64,000 bases of DNA from the NCBI RefSeq assembly GCF_058153355.1, contig NZ_CM177019.1; one strand, given 5' to 3'. The notes under the pieces are model-generated. The model saw only the letters and a list, made by a program, of their open reading frames with translations, was not told the origin of the DNA and did not search any database. Both the position numbers and the translations under genes were made by a program. Below are positions 10,550 through 20,640 of the stretch, piece by piece (the first letter of the stretch is position 1; the number at the start of each line of letters is the position of its first letter).

Positions 10550-12196
10550 ATGTCAAACAAACCCTTTATCTACCAGGCACCTTTCCCGATGGGGAAAGAC
10601 AATACCGAATACTATCTACTCACGTCCGATTACGTTAGCGTTGCCGACTTCGACGGCGAAACCATCCTGAAAGTGGAACCAGAAGCCCTGACCTTGCTGG
10701 CGCAGCAAGCCTTCCACGACGCTTCTTTCATGCTCCGCCCGGCACACCAGAAACAGGTCGCGGCTATTCTTCAAGATCCAGAAGCCAGCGAAAACGACAA
10801 GTACGTGGCGCTGCAATTCTTAAGAAACTCAGAAATCGCCGCCAAAGGCGTGCTGCCGACCTGCCAGGACACCGGCACCGCGATCATCGTCGGTAAAAAA
10901 GGTCAGCGCGTGTGGACCGGTGGCGGCGATGAAGAAGCGCTGTCGAAAGGTGTCTATAACACCTATATCGAAGATAACCTACGTTACTCACAAAACGCGC
11001 CGCTGGACATGTACAAAGAGGTCAACACCGGCACGAACCTGCCTGCGCAAATCGACCTGTACGCGGTAGATGGCGACGAATACAAATTCCTCTGCGTCGC
11101 CAAAGGCGGTGGCTCTGCCAATAAAACGTATCTCTACCAGGAAACCAAAGCTTTGCTGACTCCCGGCAAACTGAAAAACTTCCTCGTCGAGAAAATGCGT
11201 ACACTCGGTACTGCAGCCTGCCCGCCGTACCATATCGCGTTTGTGATTGGCGGTACGTCTGCGGAAACCAACCTGAAAACCGTCAAGTTAGCAAGCGCTC
11301 ACTATTACGATGAACTGCCGACCGAAGGGAACGAACATGGTCAGGCGTTCCGCGATGTCCAGCTGGAACAGGAACTGCTGGAAGAGGCCCAGAAACTCGG
11401 CCTTGGCGCGCAGTTTGGCGGTAAATACTTCGCGCACGACATCCGCGTGATCCGTCTGCCACGTCACGGCGCATCCTGCCCGGTAGGTATGGGCGTCTCC
11501 TGCTCCGCTGACCGTAACATTAAAGCGAAAATCAACCGCGAAGGTATCTGGATCGAAAAACTGGAACACAATCCAGGCCAGTACATTCCACAAGAACTGC
11601 GTCAGGCCGGTGAAGGCGAAGCGGTGAAAGTCGACCTTAACCGCCCGATGAAAGAGATCCTCGCCCAGCTTTCGCAATACCCGGTATCCACCCGCTTGTC
11701 GCTCACCGGCACTATTATCGTGGGTCGCGATATTGCACATGCCAAGCTGAAAGAGCTGATTGACGCCGGTAAAGAGCTGCCGCAGTACATCAAAGATCAC
11801 CCGATCTACTACGCGGGTCCGGCGAAAACGCCTGCCGGTTATCCATCAGGTTCACTTGGCCCAACCACCGCAGGTCGTATGGACTCCTACGTGGATCTGC
11901 TGCAATCCCACGGCGGCAGCATGATCATGCTGGCGAAAGGTAACCGCAGTCAGCAGGTTACCGACGCGTGTCATAAACACGGCGGCTTCTACCTCGGTAG
12001 TATCGGCGGCCCGGCGGCGGTACTGGCGCAGCAGAGCATCAAGCATCTGGAATGCGTCGCTTATCCGGAGCTGGGTATGGAAGCTATCTGGAAAATCGAA
12101 GTAGAAGATTTCCCGGCGTTTATCCTGGTCGATGACAAAGGCAACGACTTCTTCCAGCAAATCGTCAACAAACAGTGCGCGAACTGCACTAAGTAA
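10550..12196 (+). CDS. fumB: Class I fumarate hydratase FumB (548 aa)
   Basis: Recognised FumB sequence [31 protein letters not shown]...; Fe-S fumarase family. Confidence 0.93.
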   Translation: MSNKPFIYQAPFPMGKDNTEYYLLTSDYVSVADFDGETILKVEPEALTLLAQQAFHDASFMLRPAHQKQVAAILQDPEASENDKYVALQFLRNSEIAAKGVLPTCQDTGTAIIVGKKGQRVWTGGGDEEALSKGVYNTYIEDNLRYSQNAPLDMYKEVNTGTNLPAQIDLYAVDGDEYKFLCVAKGGGSANKTYLYQETKALLTPGKLKNFLVEKMRTLGTAACPPYHIAFVIGGTSAETNLKTVKLASAHYYDELPTEGNEHGQAFRDVQLEQELLEEAQKLGLGAQFGGKYFAHDIRVIRLPRHGASCPVGMGVSCSADRNIKAKINREGIWIEKLEHNPGQYIPQELRQAGEGEAVKVDLNRPMKEILAQLSQYPVSTRLSLTGTIIVGRDIAHAKLKELIDAGKELPQYIKDHPIYYAGPAKTPAGYPSGSLGPTTAGRMDSYVDLLQSHGGSMIMLAKGNRSQQVTDACHKHGGFYLGSIGGPAAVLAQQSIKHLECVAYPELGMEAIWKIEVEDFPAFILVDDKGNDFFQQIVNKQCANCTK

Positions 12197-12318
12197 CCTC
12201 TTCGGCCCAGCGCCTGGCAGCATGCTGCCAGGTGATCCCCCTGGGCCACCTCTTTTGCGATTGTAATTTCACGCTTGCTGGTGAATAGTCAGTATTTTCC
12301 CTGACTTGCGAACTCACC

Positions 12319-12969
12319 ATGACCCGCACACTCAAGCCGTTAATTCTTAACACCGGCGCACTGGCGCTAACGTTAATCCTGATTTATACCGGCATTTCGG
12401 CCAATGACAAACTCACCTGGCTGATGGAAGTGACACCGGTGATTATTGTCGTGCCGCTACTGCTTGCCACCGCCAGACGTTACCCGTTAACGCCGCTGCT
12501 CTATACGCTCATTTTCTTTCATGCCATCATCCTGATGGTCGGCGGGCAATACACCTACGCGAAAGTCCCCGTTGGTTTTGAGGTGCAGGAATGGCTGGGG
12601 TTGAGCCGTAATCCGTATGACAAGCTGGGGCATTTTTTCCAGGGGCTGGTGCCTGCACTGGTGGCGCGAGAAATTCTCGTTCGCGGGATGTACGTGCACG
12701 GACGTAAAATGGTGGCGTTTCTGGTCTGCTGCGTGGCGCTGGCGATAAGCGCGATGTATGAATTAATCGAGTGGTGGGCAGCGCTGGCAATGGGTCAGGG
12801 AGCGGATGATTTTCTCGGCACCCAGGGCGACCAGTGGGACACACAATCCGATATGTTCTACGCGCTACTTGGTGCATTAACTACGGTGATATTCCTTGCT
12901 CGCTTTCATTGCCGCCAGCTACGGCGCTATGGCTTAATCACCAGAGCGCCGGAAGCGATTACCTCTTAA
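12319..12969 (+). CDS. yjdF: Inner membrane protein YjdF
   Basis: Hydrophobic ORF in conserved position after fumB; start codon not verified. Confidence 0.8.
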   Translation: MTRTLKPLILNTGALALTLILIYTGISANDKLTWLMEVTPVIIVVPLLLATARRYPLTPLLYTLIFFHAIILMVGGQYTYAKVPVGFEVQEWLGLSRNPYDKLGHFFQGLVPALVAREILVRGMYVHGRKMVAFLVCCVALAISAMYELIEWWAALAMGQGADDFLGTQGDQWDTQSDMFYALLGALTTVIFLARFHCRQLRRYGLITRAPEAITS

Positions 12970-14321
12970 CGGTGTAACCAGCCTGGCAGCCAGTCGCCGT
13001 GGGCGGCAATCAGGTCGTCAACAAGAGCATATATTTCGTCAATGCCCAGCACGGCGGCAGTATGCGGGTCCATCATCGCGGCGTGGTAAACACGGTCGCG
13101 ATTTTCTGTGAGAATGGCTTCCGTCAGCAGTGTCTGTACGTTGATATTGGTTTGCATCAGGGCGGCCAGATGCGAAGGTAGCGTACCGACTTTGGTCGGC
13201 TGAATGCCATTAGCATCAACCAGACAGGCCACTTCCACACAACATCCTTGTGGCAGGTTATCAATCAAACCATCGTTACGGACGTTGCCATAAATCACAC
13301 TCGGCTCGCCAGTCCAGATAGCGTTCATGATTGTGCTGGCATATTCCCGTGACGGTTTAATATCAATCCGGGAGGCGTTCTTATACTCCTCCAGCTCTTT
13401 ATGCCAGTTCGCCAGCTGCTCGACGCAGCGTTTCGGGTACTCATCCAGCGGTACTTTATAACGCTCAATCAAATCCTCACGACCTGGCTTAATAAACCAC
13501 GGTGTGTACTCAGCAAAATGTTCTGACGATTCCGTGACGAAGTAGCCCAGCTTTTTGAACATTTCGTAACGCACAATATTCTGGCAGCGAGTATTACCAT
13601 GAATATTTGGCTTCGGTGCCTGCCCTGCTTCATAAGCCGCCAGCAGTTCCGGGTAGAGATTCACGTAACTGCCGTCGGCGGTTTTGCGCTCCAGTTCCAG
13701 GTAAAACGCCATATGGTTGATACCCGCACAACGGTAACGCAGCGTAGCCGGGTCGATATTGAGGTCACGCGCCAGCTCTTCCGCCGTTCCCTGCACCGAA
13801 TGACACAGCCCTACCTGTTTGATATGCGGATAACGGGCATACATCGCCCAGGTATTCATCGCCATTGGGTTAACATAGTTGAGCATGGTGGCATCGGGGC
13901 AGACTTCCGTCATGTCCTCGCAAATTTGCCACAGGTGAGGAATGGTACGTAGCGCGCGCATAATACCGCCCGGCCCCAGCGTATCGGCAATGGTTTGTTC
14001 CAGACCGTGGCGCTTACAGACCTCGAAATCAGTCACCGTGCAAGGTTCATAACCGCCAATCTGAAATGCCACCACGACAAAATCGGCATCCTGTAAGGCT
14101 TCTTTCTGTTGGGTGTGGCAGGTGATTTTGCCGCTGGCCCCTGCTGAATCCATCAGCTTGCGCACCACAATATGCGACTCTTCCAGGCGGGTGGGATCAA
14201 TGTCCATCAGGGCAATATGCGCCGTTTTCAGCGCCTCGCGATGGAACACATCACCAAGAATATTTTTAACGAAAATCGTCGAACCAGCGCCGATAAATGT
14301 AATTTTGGGTGCAGACATCAT
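12966..14321 (-). CDS. melA: Alpha-galactosidase MelA (451 aa, NAD/Mn-dependent GH4 family)
   Basis: Recognised MelA sequence MMSAPKITFIGAGSTIFVKNILGDVF...; divergent from melR; stop codon overlaps the yjdF stop. Confidence 0.93.
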   Translation of the reverse strand: MMSAPKITFIGAGSTIFVKNILGDVFHREALKTAHIALMDIDPTRLEESHIVVRKLMDSAGASGKITCHTQQKEALQDADFVVVAFQIGGYEPCTVTDFEVCKRHGLEQTIADTLGPGGIMRALRTIPHLWQICEDMTEVCPDATMLNYVNPMAMNTWAMYARYPHIKQVGLCHSVQGTAEELARDLNIDPATLRYRCAGINHMAFYLELERKTADGSYVNLYPELLAAYEAGQAPKPNIHGNTRCQNIVRYEMFKKLGYFVTESSEHFAEYTPWFIKPGREDLIERYKVPLDEYPKRCVEQLANWHKELEEYKNASRIDIKPSREYASTIMNAIWTGEPSVIYGNVRNDGLIDNLPQGCCVEVACLVDANGIQPTKVGTLPSHLAALMQTNINVQTLLTEAILTENRDRVYHAAMMDPHTAAVLGIDEIYALVDDLIAAHGDWLPGWLHR

Positions 14322-14397
14322 GCAGATCTCCTGGCTTGCTTGAATAACTTCATCATGGCAGGCGAATCTGCAGAAAACCTCCGGCTTCCAGGTTGAG

Positions 14398-14454
14398 CAT
14401 TCCCATAAACTCAGATCCTGCGTGAAGTGTCAGTAAATCTGAGTTTATGGGAAT
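14398..14454. promoter_or_regulatory. Inverted pair of MelR operator sequences (cattcccataaactcagat ... atctgagtttatgggaat) in the melR-melA divergent promoter region
   Basis: Two near-identical 18-bp sequences in inverted orientation seen directly; agrees with the known MelR site architecture at the melAB promoter. Confidence 0.6.
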
Positions 14455-14603
14455 AAATTACCTGAAAAGCAGAGTTTTCGGCCTCATGGTACTCGGATGA
14501 TCCCTTCGCCCCTCTGGCAAGAGGGCGAAAACCGTGCTCCCACTCGCAGTCATCCTCCCTCACTCCTGCCATAATTCTGATATTCCAGGAAAGAGAGTCA
14601 TCC

Positions 14604-15512
14604 ATGAATACAGATACGTTTATGTGCAGCAGCGACGAAAAACAGACCCGCAGCCCGCTGTCGCTGTATTCGGAATACCAGCGGATGGAGATTGAGTTTC
14701 GCGCACCGCATATCATGCCCACCAGCCACTGGCATGGTCAGGTCGAAGTGAATGTGCCTTTCGATGGCGATGTGGAATACCTGATCAACAATGAAAAAGT
14801 GAGTATCAATCAGGGACATATCACGCTGTTCTGGGCCTGTACACCGCACCAACTAACAGATACCGGAACCTGTCAGAGCATGGCGATTTTTAATCTGCCG
14901 ATGCATCTGTTTCTCTCCTGGCCGCTGGATAAAGACCTGATTAACCACGTCACTCACGGCATGGTGATCAAATCACTGGCGACACAGCAACTTAGCCCGT
15001 TTGAAGTGCGCCGCTGGCAGCAGGAATTGAACAGTCCGAACGAGCAAATTCGCCAGCTCGCCATTGATGAAATTGGCCTGATGCTCAAGCGATTTAGCCT
15101 CTCTGGCTGGGAACCGATTCTGGTCAATAAAACCTCGCGCACACACAAAAACAGCGTCTCGCGCCATGCGCAATTTTATGTCAGCCAGATGCTGGGCTTT
15201 ATTGCCGAAAACTATGATCAGGCGCTGACCATCAACGATGTGGCTGAGCACGTCAAACTTAACGCCAACTATGCAATGGGGATATTCCAGCGGGTCATGC
15301 AATTGACGATGAAACAGTACATTACTGCGATGCGCATCAACCACGTTCGTGCGTTACTGAGCGATACCGATAAAAGTATTCTCGATATTGCCCTGACGGC
15401 AGGCTTTCGTTCGAGTAGCCGTTTTTACAGCACGTTCGGCAAATATGTCGGCATGTCACCGCAACAATACCGCAAACTTAGCCAACAGCGCCGCCAGACG
15501 TTTCCCGGCTAA
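14604..15512 (+). CDS. melR: AraC-family melibiose operon activator MelR (302 aa)
   Basis: Recognised sequence MNTDTFMCSSDEKQTRSPLSLYSEY...; C-terminal AraC-type helix-turn-helix. Confidence 0.93.
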   Translation: MNTDTFMCSSDEKQTRSPLSLYSEYQRMEIEFRAPHIMPTSHWHGQVEVNVPFDGDVEYLINNEKVSINQGHITLFWACTPHQLTDTGTCQSMAIFNLPMHLFLSWPLDKDLINHVTHGMVIKSLATQQLSPFEVRRWQQELNSPNEQIRQLAIDEIGLMLKRFSLSGWEPILVNKTSRTHKNSVSRHAQFYVSQMLGFIAENYDQALTINDVAEHVKLNANYAMGIFQRVMQLTMKQYITAMRINHVRALLSDTDKSILDIALTAGFRSSSRFYSTFGKYVGMSPQQYRKLSQQRRQTFPG

Positions 15513-15710
15513 AGACGATATCAGTATCAGCCAAAAAAATAGTTTAGCCGTCGATAATAAGCAGTGAAAATAAATCAAAATAATCACATAACATATTGTT
15601 TATAAAAATGAATATTTAAAAAATGTTTGTTTTTCATGCGCTTTACAGCCCGAAAAGGCCGGAAGATACTTGCCCGCAACGAAGATTCCTTCATAACCGG
15701 GTAAGCAATG

Positions 15711-17978
15711 ATGAAAGTATTAATTGTTGAAAGCGAGTTTCTCCATCAGGACACCTGGGTCGGTAACGCCGTTGAGCGTCTGGCAGATGCTTTAAGCCAG
15801 CAAAATGTTACCGTGATTAAATCCACCTCCTTTGATGATGGCTTTGCCATTCTCTCTTCAAACGAAGCCATTGACTGCCTGATGTTCAGCTATCAAATGG
15901 AACATCCGGACGAACATCAAAACGTCAGACAATTGATCGGTAAGCTTCATGAGCGCCAACAAAACGTGCCGGTCTTCCTGTTGGGCGATCGGGAAAAAGC
16001 CCTCGCCGCAATAGACCGAGATCTGCTGGAGCTTGTCGATGAATTCGCCTGGATTCTGGAAGATACCGCCGACTTTATCGCCGGACGCGCCGTTGCCGCA
16101 ATGACCCGCTACCGCCAGCAGCTGTTGCCGCCACTGTTCAGCGCGCTGATGAAATATAGCGACATCCATGAATATTCCTGGGCAGCGCCAGGCCACCAGG
16201 GCGGCGTTGGCTTTACCAAAACACCCGCCGGACGTTTCTACCATGACTACTATGGTGAAAATCTGTTCCGCACCGACATGGGCATCGAACGGACTTCCCT
16301 CGGTTCTTTGCTTGACCATACTGGCGCATTTGGCGAAAGCGAAAAATATGCCGCACGCGTATTTGGTGCCGATCGCTCCTGGTCGGTAGTCGTCGGTACT
16401 TCCGGCTCTAACCGTACCATCATGCAGGCTTGCATGACCGATAACGATGTAGTGGTCGTTGACCGTAACTGCCATAAATCCATCGAACAAGGCTTGATGC
16501 TGACAGGCGCGAAACCGGTCTACATGGTGCCAAGCCGCAACCGCTACGGCATTATCGGGCCAATTTATCCGCAGGAAATGCAACCTGAAACCTTGCAGAA
16601 GAAAATCAGTGAAAGCCCGCTGACCAAAGACAAAGCCGGGCAAAAACCGTCTTACTGCGTGGTAACCAACTGCACCTATGACGGCGTGTGTTATAACGCT
16701 AAAGAAGCGCAGGATCTGCTGGAAAAAACTTCCGATCGTCTGCACTTTGACGAAGCCTGGTACGGCTATGCACGTTTCAACCCGATCTATGCCGATCACT
16801 ATGCCATGCGCGGTGAACCTGGCGATCACAACGGTCCTACCGTTTTCGCCACCCACTCAACCCACAAACTGCTGAATGCGCTGTCACAGGCCTCTTACAT
16901 TCATGTGCGTGAAGGTCGTGGGGCGATTAACTTCTCCCGCTTCAACCAGGCATACATGATGCATGCCACCACCTCCCCGCTGTATGCCATCTGTGCATCT
17001 AACGACGTGGCGGTGTCGATGATGGACGGCAACAGCGGCCTGTCACTGACCCAGGAAGTGATCGACGAAGCGGTTGATTTCCGTCAAGCGATGGCACGGC
17101 TGTATAAAGAGTTCACCCATGACGGTAGCTGGTTCTTCAAACCGTGGAACAAAGAAGTGGTCACCGATCCACAAACCGGCAAAACCTACGACTTTGCTGA
17201 CGCGCCAACCAAACTGCTGACCACCGTTCAGGACTGCTGGGTAATGCATCCGGGCGAAAGCTGGCACGGCTTCAAAGATATTCCGGATAACTGGAGTATG
17301 CTCGACCCAATTAAAGTCAGCATTCTCGCACCAGGAATGGGTGAAGATGGTGAACTGGAAGAAACCGGTGTTCCGGCGGCGCTGGTCACTGCCTGGCTTG
17401 GTCGCCACGGCATTGTGCCTACCCGCACCACTGACTTCCAAATTATGTTCCTGTTCTCTATGGGCGTAACCCGTGGGAAATGGGGAACTCTGGTTAACAC
17501 CCTTTGCTCCTTCAAACGCCACTACGACGCCAACACACCGCTGGCGCAGGTGATGCCGGAACTTGTTGAACAATATCCTGACACTTACGCGAATATGGGG
17601 ATTCACGATCTGGGTGACACCATGTTTGCCTGGCTAAAAGAAAATAACCCTGGCGCACGGTTGAACGAAGCCTATTCCGGCCTGCCGGTGGCGGAAATCA
17701 CCCCGCGTGAAGCGTACAACGCAATTGTCGATAACAATGTCGAACTGGTATCCATTGAAAATCTGCCTGGACGCATCGCGGCAAACTCAGTTATCCCGTA
17801 TCCGCCAGGAATCCCGATGCTACTGTCTGGTGAAAACTTCGGCGATAAAAACAGTCCACAGGTAAGTTATTTACGCTCCCTGCAATCCTGGGACCATCAT
17901 TTCCCTGGATTTGAACACGAAACTGAAGGGACTGAAATTATTGACGGTATTTACCACGTCATGTGTGTGAAAGCGTAA
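15711..17978 (+). CDS. adiA: Biodegradative (acid-inducible) arginine decarboxylase AdiA (755 aa)
   Basis: Recognised PLP-dependent decarboxylase sequence; the ORF has tandem ATGs at 15708 and 15711 and the second is chosen. Confidence 0.93.
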   Translation: MKVLIVESEFLHQDTWVGNAVERLADALSQQNVTVIKSTSFDDGFAILSSNEAIDCLMFSYQMEHPDEHQNVRQLIGKLHERQQNVPVFLLGDREKALAAIDRDLLELVDEFAWILEDTADFIAGRAVAAMTRYRQQLLPPLFSALMKYSDIHEYSWAAPGHQGGVGFTKTPAGRFYHDYYGENLFRTDMGIERTSLGSLLDHTGAFGESEKYAARVFGADRSWSVVVGTSGSNRTIMQACMTDNDVVVVDRNCHKSIEQGLMLTGAKPVYMVPSRNRYGIIGPIYPQEMQPETLQKKISESPLTKDKAGQKPSYCVVTNCTYDGVCYNAKEAQDLLEKTSDRLHFDEAWYGYARFNPIYADHYAMRGEPGDHNGPTVFATHSTHKLLNALSQASYIHVREGRGAINFSRFNQAYMMHATTSPLYAICASNDVAVSMMDGNSGLSLTQEVIDEAVDFRQAMARLYKEFTHDGSWFFKPWNKEVVTDPQTGKTYDFADAPTKLLTTVQDCWVMHPGESWHGFKDIPDNWSMLDPIKVSILAPGMGEDGELEETGVPAALVTAWLGRHGIVPTRTTDFQIMFLFSMGVTRGKWGTLVNTLCSFKRHYDANTPLAQVMPELVEQYPDTYANMGIHDLGDTMFAWLKENNPGARLNEAYSGLPVAEITPREAYNAIVDNNVELVSIENLPGRIAANSVIPYPPGIPMLLSGENFGDKNSPQVSYLRSLQSWDHHFPGFEHETEGTEIIDGIYHVMCVKA

Positions 17979-18094
17979 CCACTATTCCGCTGAAGGCGTA
18001 ATTGTTAAATAACATTACGCCGCCTGGCTTGAGGCCTTTTTAGTATGGCAACGTTTTCATAAAAATTGCTGCAAACAAAAATGTCATACTTTTT

Positions 18095-18121
18095 GCGCGG
18101 TCCCACCCCGCGCTTTTTTTC
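18095..18121 (+). terminator. Rho-independent terminator after adiA (gcgcgg-tcccacc-ccgcgc then TTTTTTT)
   Basis: GC stem followed by a 7-T run seen in sequence. Confidence 0.7.
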
Positions 18122-18301
18122 GCCTGTTATTTATCCTGTAAAAAAATATGTACATGAGAAATTACTATAAAAATTTGTAATATTAGTAAAACTCGTTATT
18201 TTTATGCATGTTTATATTCATCATACAATTATATAACCATTTCCCGGTATCGCTTTGCTTTAGCGAGAACTGGTCTTTTATTCGCACTCAGGAGTACATG
18301 T

Positions 18302-19063
18302 ATGAGGATTTGCAGCGACCAACCTTGTATTGTCTTATTGACTGAAAAAGATGTCTGGATAAGGGTGAATGGGAAAGAACCTATTAGCCTTAAAGCTAAC
18401 CATATGGCGTTATTAAATTGTGAAAATAATATTATCGACGTCTCCTCTCTTAATAACACTTTGGTTGCTCATATTAGTCACGACATCATCAAAGATTACC
18501 TCCGGTTTCTGAATAAAGATCTCTCGCAAATACCAGTATGGCAACGTAGTGCTACGCCCATCCTCACCCTGCCATGCCTGACGCCAGACGTCTTTCGCGT
18601 TGCCGCGCAACATAGCATGATGCCCGCTGAAACTGAGTCAGAAAAGGAACGAACACGTGCATTATTATTCACTGTGCTATCCCGTTTTCTCGACAGTAAA
18701 AAATTCCTTTCATTAATGATGTATATGTTACGTAATTGTGTAAGTGACAGCGTTTATCAAATTATTGAAAGCGATATCCACAAAGACTGGAATCTTAGTA
18801 TGGTAGCCAGTTGTTTATGTCTTAGCCCAAGTCTGTTAAAGAAAAAGCTGAAAAGCGAAAACACCAGTTATAGCCAAATAATCACCACCTGCCGCATGCG
18901 TTATGCCGTCAATGAATTAATGATGGACGGTAAAAATATCTCTCAGGTCTCACAGTCGTGTGGCTACAACAGTACGTCGTACTTTATTTCTGTCTTTAAA
19001 GACTTCTACGGTATGACGCCTCTGCATTATGTTAGTCAGCACAGAGAACGCACTGTCGCCTGA
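18302..19063 (+). CDS. adiY: AraC-family regulator AdiY (253 aa)
   Basis: Recognised sequence MRICSDQPCIVLLTEKDVWIRVNGKEP...; low-GC gene between adiA and adiC. Confidence 0.92.
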   Translation: MRICSDQPCIVLLTEKDVWIRVNGKEPISLKANHMALLNCENNIIDVSSLNNTLVAHISHDIIKDYLRFLNKDLSQIPVWQRSATPILTLPCLTPDVFRVAAQHSMMPAETESEKERTRALLFTVLSRFLDSKKFLSLMMYMLRNCVSDSVYQIIESDIHKDWNLSMVASCLCLSPSLLKKKLKSENTSYSQIITTCRMRYAVNELMMDGKNISQVSQSCGYNSTSYFISVFKDFYGMTPLHYVSQHRERTVA

Positions 19064-19199
19064 TTTTTAACCTTAACGAAGAGCTATATTAATAACGGCA
19101 TCAGCGATAACCCGGTCGATAATAATTCAACTATCGAATGCAGGCGTATGATATGACGTAATTTATTGTCACGAAGCTCGCCTTCGCAGGAGTTTAATT

Positions 19200-20537
19200 A
19201 TGTCTTCGGATGCTGATGCTCACAAAGTGGGCTTAATCCCCGTCACCCTGATGGTGTCGGGGAATATTATGGGGTCAGGTGTTTTTCTGTTACCTGCAAA
19301 CCTGGCCTCCACTGGCGGGATTGCCATTTATGGATGGTTGGTGACGATTATCGGTGCGCTGGGGCTCTCGATGGTATACGCCAAAATGTCGTTCCTCGAC
19401 CCAAGTCCTGGTGGTTCTTACGCTTACGCCCGCCGCTGCTTTGGCCCGTTTCTCGGTTATCAAACCAACGTCCTCTACTGGCTGGCCTGCTGGATCGGCA
19501 ATATCGCCATGGTGGTCATTGGCGTTGGATATTTAAGTTACTTCTTCCCGATTCTGAAAGATCCACTGGTATTAACCATCACCTGCGTCGTGGTGCTGTG
19601 GATCTTCGTCCTGCTGAACATTGTCGGTCCGAAAATGATCACCCGCGTGCAGGCCGTTGCCACCGTGCTGGCGCTGATCCCCATCGTCGGGATTGCCGTA
19701 TTTGGCTGGTTCTGGTTCCGTGGTGAAACCTATATGGCGGCATGGAACGTCAGCGGCCTGGGCACCTTCGGCGCGATTCAAAGTACCCTTAACGTTACGC
19801 TGTGGTCGTTCATCGGTGTGGAAAGTGCCTCCGTTGCCGCAGGTGTGGTGAAAAACCCGAAACGCAACGTCCCTATCGCCACCATTGGTGGGGTATTGAT
19901 TGCCGCCGTTTGCTATGTGCTCTCCACCACCGCGATTATGGGGATGATCCCTAATGCCGCACTGCGCGTTTCTGCCTCGCCATTCGGTGATGCCGCACGG
20001 ATGGCGTTGGGTGACACCGCCGGGGCCATTGTTTCCTTCTGCGCAGCTGCGGGTTGCTTAGGTTCACTGGGCGGCTGGACGTTGCTGGCGGGTCAAACGG
20101 CGAAAGCCGCTGCCGATGACGGGCTGTTCCCACCGATTTTTGCCCGTGTAAACAAAGCGGGTACGCCAGTGGCAGGGCTGATTATCGTCGGTATTTTGAT
20201 GACCATCTTCCAGCTCAGTAGCATTTCGCCAAACGCGACTAAAGAGTTCGGTCTGGTTTCTTCCGTGTCGGTCATCTTTACACTGGTGCCATATCTTTAC
20301 ACCTGTGCGGCGTTACTGCTGCTCGGCCACGGTCACTTTGGTAAAGCACGCCGGGCATATCTGGCAGTTACTACCATTGCCTTCCTCTACTGCATCTGGG
20401 CCGTGGTGGGGTCCGGGGCGAAAGAGGTTATGTGGTCATTTGTCACCCTGATGGTCATCACCGCCATGTATGCGCTGAATTACAACCGGCTGCATAAAAA
20501 CCCGTATCCCTTAGATGCACCAATAAGCAAAGATTAA
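19200..20537 (+). CDS. adiC: Arginine:agmatine antiporter AdiC (445 aa)
   Basis: Recognised APC-family transporter sequence [37 protein letters not shown]... Confidence 0.93.
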   Translation: MSSDADAHKVGLIPVTLMVSGNIMGSGVFLLPANLASTGGIAIYGWLVTIIGALGLSMVYAKMSFLDPSPGGSYAYARRCFGPFLGYQTNVLYWLACWIGNIAMVVIGVGYLSYFFPILKDPLVLTITCVVVLWIFVLLNIVGPKMITRVQAVATVLALIPIVGIAVFGWFWFRGETYMAAWNVSGLGTFGAIQSTLNVTLWSFIGVESASVAAGVVKNPKRNVPIATIGGVLIAAVCYVLSTTAIMGMIPNAALRVSASPFGDAARMALGDTAGAIVSFCAAAGCLGSLGGWTLLAGQTAKAAADDGLFPPIFARVNKAGTPVAGLIIVGILMTIFQLSSISPNATKEFGLVSSVSVIFTLVPYLYTCAALLLLGHGHFGKARRAYLAVTTIAFLYCIWAVVGSGAKEVMWSFVTLMVITAMYALNYNRLHKNPYPLDAPISKD

Positions 20538-20578
20538 TTCCCCTTAATCCAGCAAACATAAAAGCCAACCTTAAGAAC

Positions 20579-20595
20579 TTAAGGTTGGCTTAATT
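20579..20595 (+). promoter_or_regulatory. PmrA (BasR) box-like direct repeat CTTAAG-GTTGG-CTTAAT upstream of eptA; overlaps a hairpin that may also terminate adiC
   Basis: Two hexamers with a 5-bp spacer seen in sequence, about 45 bp upstream of the eptA ATG; matches the published YTTAAK-N5-YTTAAK pattern. Confidence 0.55.
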
Positions 20596-20640
20596 TTGCT
20601 TTGCGAGCATATGCGCACTTTGTTCGATGGAAACACCGTG

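Noticed and set aside
12213-12232. Palindrome cctggcagcatgctgccagg after fumB as a terminator
   Set aside because: No T-tract follows the stem, so it cannot be called a rho-independent terminator from sequence alone
15858-16856. 332-codon minus-strand ORF inside adiA, and similar long antisense ORFs (36426-37100 in phnI, 33018-33689 in phnD, 33831-34676 in phnE, 46436-47035 in mdtN, 39769-40371 in phnL/M)
   Set aside because: All lie antisense to well-supported, recognisable genes in GC-rich coding sequence where stop codons are rare; none has a ribosome-binding site or a recognisable protein family
20563-20599. Hairpin aagccaaccttaag/cttaaggttggctt after adiC called purely as a terminator
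   Set aside because: The same sequence forms the CTTAAG-N5-CTTAAT PmrA-box-like repeat upstream of eptA; reported as a regulatory site, with the terminator function left unresolved
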